A stretch of DNA of 64,000 bases, from NCBI GenBank assembly GCA_951406725.2, contig OX597832.1, forward strand, positions 16,492,001 to 16,556,000, in the 5' to 3' direction. Below, in pieces: positions 55,001-64,000 of this stretch. The stretch's first letter is position 1. The number at the start of each line of letters is the position of its first letter. Below the pieces are notes generated by a model that saw nothing but the letters and a program-made list of their open reading frames with translations, made no database searches and was not told the origin of the DNA. The position numbers and the translations under genes are program-made. Source of the stretch: Octopus vulgaris (lineage: Eukaryota).

Positions 55001-56665
55001 TAAATCCTTAAATCATTAAAAATGTTTTAGCCCGAAGGCCGCGCCCATGCTGGGGCACCACCCTGAATGAGCTACATTAATTTGTGAATCCACCTCTGAG
55101 ACGTGGCACTTGATCAACAAGGGAGTTCGATGCTGCTGCCCGCATCCGCGTCTCCTGTCGTGAGGTGGGTTCATTCGGGACTCCTGACAAGAAGAGATCC
55201 TGTTTAGTTTTAAAGAAACATACATCCACACCATGTAAGTCTCTCAGGCATTTAGGGAGGATGTTAAAGAGCTGTGGTCCTCTGAAACCCAAGCTGTTGC
55301 AGTATCTAGACATGTATTTTGACGGTGATGCTGGAGCCCTTGGCACCATGCATTGGCGCCCCGTTCTGCGGTTGGGGTAACTTTGAATGCCAAAGTTTGG
55401 GACAAAACCATCCAGGATTTTCCAGATGTATATCACCGCACATCTCTCCCGCCTCCGCTCTAGGGAGAAGAGATTTAATACCTTCAGTCTTTCCCAGTAG
55501 CTGATATTTTGCATTGAGACGATTTTCTTTGTGTAGCTTCTCTGAATTACTTCGAGTTCTGCTGTTAGTTTTATATTGTGTGGTGACCACAGTTGGGAGC
55601 TGTAGTCCAAGCGGCTGAGGACGAATGTTTTCCATAGGACCATCAGTGTCTCCTTCCATCTTGTTCTGAAAGTTCGGAGAATCCATCCAGCTATCCGTCT
55701 GCATTTTATCACCAGATTAGCAATATGCACTTGGAAAGATGCATCATTGCTCATGTCAATGCCCAGGTCAGGCACTGATTTTGACTCAGGGATTGCAATT
55801 CTTCCTGGGCCAGTGTATCCATTCTACCAAGTCGTTTTCCTTTGTGTGCCAGTAGCGTAGGGCCAGGAACTTACCTGCATTAAACTGCATGTTGTTGTCC
55901 TCAGCCCACCTGTATATTGTGTCCAACTCCTGTTGCAGATGCGCAATATTTTCAGGGTTTTGTATTGCGTGGGATACATTTGTGTCATCTGCATAGCTAG
56001 CAAGGGTGGTCATCGTAGCAACTGAAGGCATGTCTTAAAGGGCCACTGATGTTCATAGTGGCCCCAAGACAGTGCACTGTGGGACACCGCTTGCTATTTG
56101 TGTTTCCTTGGAGGTGGCTCCATTGCTCACAACTGCCTGTTTTCTGTCTTTTAGGAAGTTGTACAGCCACTCTCCAAGTTTTCCGCCTATGCCGAGACCA
56201 CGCAGTTTGTGACAGATCATACCATGGTCGACCTTATCAAAGGCTTTTGCCAAGTCGAGATATATTACATCCACATTTGAGCCATTTAGTAGCTGTTTCA
56301 ACACCCAGTCATAGTGTTGCAGGAGGTGTGTTAGGCAGCTTCTACCTGGTCGAAATCCATGCTGGGTGTCAGACAGCAAGTCATATTCTTCAAGGAACAT
56401 GATGAGCTTCTTACGGACTATTCGTACATGATTTTGCTGATGTGTGAGGTCAGAGAGATAGGCCTATAATTTTTAGCATCTGCTCTGCTACCTCCCTTAT
56501 GGATAGGGCATATTACCCCCACTTTCAATTTGACTGGGAGCTTACCACTTGCAAGAAAGCTCTGAAAAAGAAGCTGTAGCGGTTTTGCAAGGTCTCGTTT
56601 GTACGATTGGAGAAGGATCGCTGGGAATCCATCAGGTCCAGCAGCTGAGTTTGTGTCAATCAACT
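55001..56665 (-). mobile_element. 5'-truncated CR1-clade LINE: frameshifted ORF2 RT plus 3' UTR
   Basis: GPDG, NYRPISLTS, QHGFR, DLAKAFDKV, SGVPQCTVLGPL, YADD, DLG, LWSP and WERLKVLNLFSLERRRER. The stop is at 55077, followed by a stem-loop and 8-bp tail repeats (TTTAATGA/TTTAAGGA). Confidence 0.92.
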
Positions 56666-56771
56666 ATTTGTATATCTAGTATACTATTTCTATGGCATGA
56701 TCAATGTAAGAACTCATATTGGGCATAAGATAACTAGAAGACGGCATCACCAGTACGTATTACAGTGTCAG

Positions 56772-56847
<76 letters not shown>

Positions 56848-57107
56848 GGTGTGTGATTAACAATAGAGGTACAGCTGTTGGACTATTATGACCGTTTCTA
56901 ACGACTCCTAATTGCCTTATTGTAAACCAAAACACGTTTTCGTGAGATAAATTCATTAACTTCAAAATAAAGAGCATTCGAAATTATTTAACATGGTTTC
57001 AAATCCATCGTGCAAAAGCATTTACGGTTATTCTGCTAATATTTCAGTTGACATTATCTGTCAATCAGATTCTGTATGTGCGTGTAAGTGCTCGTGTATG
57101 TGAGTGC

Positions 57108-57171
<64 letters not shown>

Positions 57172-57176
57172 CTGTA

Positions 57177-57312
57177 TTCTTTTACTTGTTTCAGTCATAT
57201 GACAGACCATGTTGGAACACCACTCTAAAGATTATTTTCGCCGAAGAAATCTAGCCAAGGACTTTGTAACCCTGGTAATTTTTCTATCGGTCTCTTTATG
57301 CCGAAAAGCCAA
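57177..57312 (-). mobile_element. SINE A 3' fragment
   Basis: TCTTTTACTTGTTTCAGTCAT...CTATCGGTCTCTTTATGCCGAA. Confidence 0.7.
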
Positions 57313-57599
57313 TCAGCTTCGTATACCCGTGACCATGTCAACATATGTTACAAATACAATGACACGAGCATCGGATCCGTGCCAGCTGAAGAAGAGCGAC
57401 GATTATTCCACTCATACCCACATACATAAAAATATTGCATACCTCCAAACATAGACATGTACATGCATACATACATATATTTTAATACATACATAATCGT
57501 TGCATGCATACATACATAATACTTTCGTGCATATATGCATTAATGCATAAAGGCAAACGTTGCAAGGAATGCAATCGACCTTTGAAACAGATAACATTA

Positions 57600-58000
57600 T
57601 ATTTCATATTTCTTATCGATTTTAAGTTCTTGCCATTGATATATTTAGCTGTATTTGTGCTGGCAAATAGATTATTTAGGACTCTCCCTGAATAAGCCAG
57701 AGTATGGAGAATTGAAGCATGTTCTTTTGCCATGTTTCCTCGCATACGGCAGCAATTACTTCAGTACATACTATTCCCGAGTATGTATTAAATGGCTGCC
57801 ATATAAAAATGAACGATTCTTACATGATAATATTTGAACCTGCAATTAAGGGACTGGTGATCATAGATATTTCTGATGTCTGTAGCACTTAATTTCCTGT
57901 CTGCTCTTCTGTTGACACTGCAGTTTTCAATAAAGCAGTTGAACCATTTTTTTCTAGCATCACTTGTGTTCCGTAGGATATATCGCTGTATCATATAATC
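57600..58000 (-). mobile_element. Possible ancient RTE-like LINE C-terminus
   Basis: QRYILRN..KW..IENCSVNRRA followed by FLYG resembles LRxIxxIxWxxxIxNxxVLxRA...LYG. Confidence 0.35.
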
Positions 58001-58585
58001 TCAATTGCTCTTAGTTTAAAAATATTATTATTATGATATAGAATAAAATATCCAAGTAGCTATCAAATAACATTCACTTAATGGGGTAGCGGTTTACATT
58101 TAATCAAGCTGGCCACTCTAAAATGCTATAAACGTATATGTTTATAAAAAGTCCTTCCAAAGTCCTTCCAAAGTTTTGGGAAAAGGAAAAAAATAGAATC
58201 TGAGTGAAAGAGGATCCACAAGCCTTGTAAATTGTTTTTCTTTTTTTTTCATAATAGTCGCAATTATTAGTCATCAAAATATATTATTTATGTGAAAAGG
58301 AAATCTGCAATACGAAGTACAATTTGACGTAGCTCTTGGGAAAGTTCGACAGCTTCTATAAAACATTAGGTGAATTAACACATTCTCCCAATTTTTCAGT
58401 ATTATTCAGCCTGTACCCTATATGAATATATACCCATACAAATATATATCTGTGTGCGTGTGGATGTGTGTGTGTGGATGTGTGTGTGGATGCGTGTGTG
58501 TTTGCGTGCATGTGTGTGTATGTATATCTCTATCAAACACTTTAACTATATGTGAGTGAGAGTGTTTTTCCCTATATGCAGGAGC

Positions 58586-58639
<54 letters not shown>

Positions 58640-59334
58640 ATGTATGTTTTTATGTGTGAATATATATGCGTATATACACGTAAATGTGCGTATGAATATA
58701 TGCATATATGTATATTTATATAAAGATAGAGAGAGACACAGAGAAAGAGAGAGGGACACATACGTACATATACACACAAATACATACAGAGACACACACA
58801 TGCATACACACTTGCATCGATAAATACATGAGCATTCAAAAGGAATACCAACAATAGCCGTCACAATTTAGCGGGCACTCAACGAGAAATATAGTTCAAG
58901 TTATATTGATTTCACAGAAAAGTTTTACAGCAGTCAATTTGTATTTTATTTTTAAATGGGTACGTACTTACGCTTCATATCCTAAATTTGGTTGCTTCTA
59001 ATTTAGTATAAACGAAATTAATCTTTGCATGATCTCAGGAAAATGTCACTCAGATGGTACAGAGAAAATTACATTTCGAGTGTCATTTAAAAATATCGGT
59101 CACTCTAAACTTAAATTCGAAGCAAATGCATTTCTTATATACGCCGTATATGAAGCAGTCTTGAAGACGATGGAAGGTCAAAGAACAAACATAAACCTCT
59201 TCAGCGAGAACCAGCTGATTAACTTAATGTTATTGAACCACTAGATTTTATAATTGCCTACTTTTACCGGTCGACAAGCTACTAAGAACATCGCCAGCGA
59301 ATTACTAAAGTAAGAGAGAGAACTCAACGACCCT

Positions 59335-59469
59335 GACGATGACGACAATTATTGAGAATCGTGATGGCGACAACGGGGAAGGTAATGCTGAGAATGATAG
59401 TGATGATGACGATGATGATGATGATGATGATGATGATGACATTGATGATGATGAGGAGGAGGAAGATGG

Positions 59470-59500
<31 letters not shown>

Positions 59501-59810
59501 TACTACGACAGCAACAACGACGATGTAATGGTGGCTATCACGACGATGATGATGCAGATAATGATGATGATGATGATGAGGAGGAGGAGGATGACGACGG
59601 CGAAGATGACCACATCGACAATGACGATAATGATGATAATACTGATGAAGATGATAAGAATGCTGAAGATGCCGATGATGACAACGATGTCGAGGACGAC
59701 AACAACGGCGATGACGATAACGATGATGAGGAGGAGGACGAGGAGTAGGATGATGGGGATGATGAAGATGATGGTGATGATTATGGTGGTGGTGATGGTG
59801 ATGATGCTGT
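59335..59810. repeat. (GAT/GAC/GAG)n low-complexity tract
   Basis: Direct reading. Similar tracts lie at 60355-60490 and 60580-60680. Confidence 0.9.
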
Positions 59811-60139
59811 AAACTTTGATGAGGGAAAGGTGGAGGAGTTATAGGAAGTGGGAGTGGTGAGCTTCGAGGAGGAGGACGGCTGTTGTGGTCGTGGCGGTGA
59901 CGAAGACAGAAAGAGAGAGAGAGAAATGCAAATATGAGCGAGAACTACGAGAATAATTATGACCACTCATGAAGATTAATGAGAAATCCATTATTGCAAT
60001 GACCATTTCTACACATACACACATTTTATGTATGAATGCATGTGTGTGTGTGTGAGTGTGTGTGTATATATGGAAATGTATATATATATATATATATATA
60101 TATAAATACACATATATACACACATACATATACACATAC

Positions 60140-60191
<52 letters not shown>

Positions 60192-60429
60192 TTAGACATA
60201 TATATATATATATACATAAATATATATATTTATTTATACATATATATATATTTAAACATATATACGTATCTATGTTAATGCGTGTGTGTGTTCCTCTGTA
60301 TAATATGCTTGTGCATATATGTACATAAACACATTTAAGTATGAATGTGATGTGAGTAGTAGTAGTAGTAGCAGTAGTAGTAGTAGCAGTAGTAGTAGCA
60401 GCAGCAGCAGCAGTAGTAGTAGCAGTAGT

Positions 60430-60479
<50 letters not shown>

Positions 60480-61011
60480 CAGCAGCAGCTTGACAATACG
60501 CAAATACTGATGAGATTTTGAAGTGGAATTCAAATGTCGGCTAATTTCAAGATTGGTAAATGCGCGCATAGAATGCAACGAGATGCTGATGACGATGCTG
60601 ACGAAGACGTTGAAGACGACGACGATAAAAATAGGGATGATGTTGATGATGATGAGGAGGAGGAGGAGGACGAGGAGGTTGCGGAGAATGCACATGATAG
60701 CAATGTTTGTCATCATAATTCCTCAGCAAACAAAATCATTAATACCCATCGCCTTCAATATAGCGACGAGGATCTCAAACAGTAACAACAATAAACAGCC
60801 GCAGAAGGAGAAGCAGTGACATGCGCAATTAGCCATTAACTACATCATTAGTCCCCATCAGCATCTTCATCATGTTCTTCAATATTACCTTTCATTATTT
60901 CAACGTCACCGTGATCAACCATCATCGATGTCATGATTATTACCAGCGCTACTCCCAACACCGTCTGCAACACAATCTTCATCGTCGTCGTCATCGTCGT
61001 CATCATCATCA

Positions 61012-61239
61012 TTATCGTCAGGGCTATCTGTCGTCATCATCATCATCATCATCATCCTTATCGTCAGGGTTATATGTCATCATCATCATCATTATCGTCA
61101 AGGTTATCTGTCGTCATCATCATCATCATCTTCATCCTTATCGTCAGGGTTATATGTCATCATCATCATCATCATCATTATCGTCAGGGTTATCTGTCAT
61201 CATCATCATCATCATTATCGTCAGGGTTATCTGTCGTCG

Positions 61240-61270
<31 letters not shown>

Positions 61271-61545
61271 TATCGTCAGGATTATCTGTCGTCGTCATCA
61301 TCATCATCATCATCATTATCATCGGAGTTATCTGTCATCATCGTCATCATCATTAGGCTTATCTGTCATCATCAGGGCTATCTGTCATAATTATCATCAA
61401 AATCATCATTATAATCATCATCATCATCATCATTATCATCAGGGTTACATGTCATCATCATCATCATTATCATCAGGTTTATCTTTCATCATCATCATTA
61501 TTATCATCAGGGTTATCTGCCATCATCATCATCATCATTATCATC
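61012..61545. repeat. Minisatellite: about 13 units of TTATCGTCAGGGTTATCTGT separated by variable (CAT)n
   Basis: Direct reading. Part of a larger (CAT)n-rich block at about 60840-61800. Confidence 0.85.
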
Positions 61546-62342
61546 AACGTCAGCGTTATAAACTAAACACAATCGTCGACGGCGTCCTCCTCCTCCTTCT
61601 CATCATCACCATCCACTTCATTATAATCAGCAGCAGCTGCAGCGTTATCAGTTATATTCATCATCCACCTCCTCATCCTCATCATCATGAAAAGCAGCAC
61701 CAGCAGCAGCACCTGCAGCAGTGGAATCATCATCATCTCCACCATCACCACCACCACCATGAGCAACATCACCACCACTAAGATCAGCATCACTACCACC
61801 ATGACTAACAACATAATTATTTGTATCACGATGAGTTTAAACAAGGCATGATGCTGACAGCGATAAGAATGTGTTTCATCATAAAAAGGAAAAAAAAACA
61901 ACAATATTATTGAGAATGACAAAGGAAAAAGCAAACAGAGGCAGAAGCCTAAGTTTTGCTGGAATAAATGGAGTCATAATATCGACCATTGTTCAAAAGA
62001 AACATTGAAACCAATGGGAATTAAACTTATAGAGATATATTACGTTATTCTTGGTCAATGCAATAATAACTAATTTTCCGATGATTATGTTTGTTTGTCA
62101 CGGTTATTGGACCAACATTTGTTCTTGTATTTACCTTATATAAAACTAAATTAATGTGTACTCGTCTGTTGTAAAGATTTTTTCAATATGAATATGTGCT
62201 CTGTAGGTTTTGCTTCGATTTCTTGAATTCTAAGTAAATATAGAGAAGATTTCTCATGTCCTTCTCGTGGTCAATACTCAATAACAGCAATGCTGTTTCG
62301 TGATAAATTTACGTGAAAAGGGCTGAGTATGTATACTTATAT

Positions 62343-62568
62343 ATTTACTACCCACAAGGGGCTAAACACAGAGAGGACAAACAAGGACAGGTAAACGGAT
62401 TAAGTCGATGATATCGACCCTAGTGCGTAACTGGTACTTAATATATCGTCCCCGAAAGGATGAAAGGCAAAGTCGACTTTGGCAGAATTTGAACTCTGAA
62501 CGTAACTGCAGACGAAATACATGTTTAGCGGTATTTATAAGGCCGAGTTTCTGCCAGCTCGCAGCCTT
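62343..62568 (-). mobile_element. SINE family B with an internal micro-inversion
   Basis: Matches the 51640 copy, except that 62521-62536 (ATGTTTAGCGGTATTT) is in the opposite orientation. Confidence 0.85.
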
Positions 62569-62674
62569 ATAAATTTTCGACATGGTACGTCAGCGACACC
62601 CGAAATCACAAACTTCTAAACCACAAACTAGCATTCTAATATTAACACTCACATCCACGCTCTGAATATGTGTA

Positions 62675-62853
62675 CCTTTCGGCGTCGATTAAATAAGTAC
62701 CAGTTACGCACTGGGGTCGATATAATCGTCTTAATCCGTTTGTCTGTCCTTGTTTGTCCTCTCTGTGTTTAGTCCCTTGTGGGTAGTAAAAAATAGGTAT
62801 TTTGCCTATCTTTACCTTCTGAGTTAAAATTCCGCCGAGGTCAACTTTGCCTT
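62675..62853 (+). mobile_element. Circularly permuted SINE B fragment
   Basis: The 3' half (62675-62801) is joined through GGTATT to the internal segment that normally precedes it (to 62853). Confidence 0.8.
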
Positions 62854-64000
62854 GCACACTATCATCAATCAATACTGATCGTATATGAGACGGAAGACCA
62901 CTAACGAAATATTATTTTAGAGCATAACGTGTGCATTGCATAATATTCCTAATTCCTATTACTCCTTGGCGCATATAAATAAGAGGAACAGACAAGAATT
63001 ATGCAGGTACATCATGCATTTAGAAGACGATACAAATCTTGATATATAATACCAGAAATTTGATTGATCACCGCCGAATAGAAAATCTCTGGTGCATATA
63101 AAAGGGAAAGAATAATCATTCTGGAAAATTCTCCAAAATAGAAATCCAGAAAATACCAGGTAACTAAAATATACCACAACACCTTGATTTATACTTTGTA
63201 AAGCATGGGGGCTTTCACGTTGGATTAAATGCATAGCATATAACAATTACATAGTTTTGGGGGAGTACAAAGCTATTTTATTCGACGCTACGGTTTTGGT
63301 ATATCGTAGCTAAGTGTTTCGATATTGCAAAAGGAAGTCGGCGTCTGCTAATTAAAGAGTATAAAAGTCCGAAACGGAAATATGTTACCTAAAGGATATA
63401 TTCAATATGCAAATTGTCATGATTAAAATTTAGGAATACAAGGCATATCACGAGGAAAAACAATGATGATATTTCTAATGAATATATCAACGATTCTCTT
63501 AGGAAACGCACAAAAATAGACGGAAAGGAAAATTTGGATGATTGACAGAGTTGACAGGCCAAAATTAAAATGAAAGAAAATGCTACGGCTTAGATGCCTG
63601 GATTTCTTGCCATTTACAGGAAGTGTTTCTACTGTACTAATGCTTTTGAGAGGCTTAATGTCGCATATACGTTAACACCTGAGGAGTTTTTCTCAATCAT
63701 TTTTTTTAAAGGAGTGCGTCCTATGATATGAAAAACAGTAATTCAGCGACAAAAAGCTTTAAGATATTACCACTCGGGTAATGCATGATGCCGGAATGTC
63801 TTCGCTTCCTATTCAAGCAGATATAACGATTTTAGGAACCGCATCAACCATTATATTTCATCAAAAGGGCGCAGCTCTTTTTCTGTTTTATTTTGTTCAT
63901 CGTACCATTTACGCCATTGATAATATCATGCCATACATATATACGATGTTGTTCTTTTTTTTGTATTTTAAGTTCATCTTATTTCCAGTGAAGCCCTCGT

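Noticed and set aside
56842-57050. TA-GGGGGTGTGTGATTAA resembling a mariner TIR
   Set aside because: No matching second TIR or transposase motif was found.
59339-59812. Asp/Met-rich ORF as an acidic protein exon
   Set aside because: It is a trinucleotide low-complexity tract among other microsatellites, with no domain evidence.
60872-61781. His/Ser/Ile-rich ORFs, and a CRISPR-like repeat-spacer look
   Set aside because: The spacers are (CAT)n rather than unique, the context is eukaryotic and there are no cas genes.
63100-63850. Possible RTE endonuclease remnant
   Set aside because: Only faint motif echoes, not supportable without a profile search.

Overview
AT-rich, microsatellite-dense eukaryotic non-coding DNA with no supportable host exon, rRNA, tRNA gene or CRISPR array. 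The repeat families look like octopus (cephalopod) genomic DNA; this is recall and I did not search for it. Almost all of the ORF track is microsatellite read-through. Real content: two abundant tRNA-derived SINE families (called A and B here); decayed CR1, R4/Dong and RTE-like LINEs; a Penelope-like (GIY-YIG) remnant; hAT-like, Chapaev-like, mariner/Tc1 and Helitron remnants. Three signals stand out. (1) Several sequence-unrelated short non-coding elements carry type I hammerhead ribozyme cores, mostly abut (TA)n and often have a 5' inverted copy of themselves, as Penelope insertions do. One of them appears to be a tRNA-headed SINE with a hammerhead tail. (2) SINE B has no poly(A), and all four of its target-site duplications begin with GGTA; one empty site and one circularly permuted copy lie in the window. 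(3) Both SINE families share 3' tails with candidate partner LINE ends in this window. All alignments and folds were done by eye.
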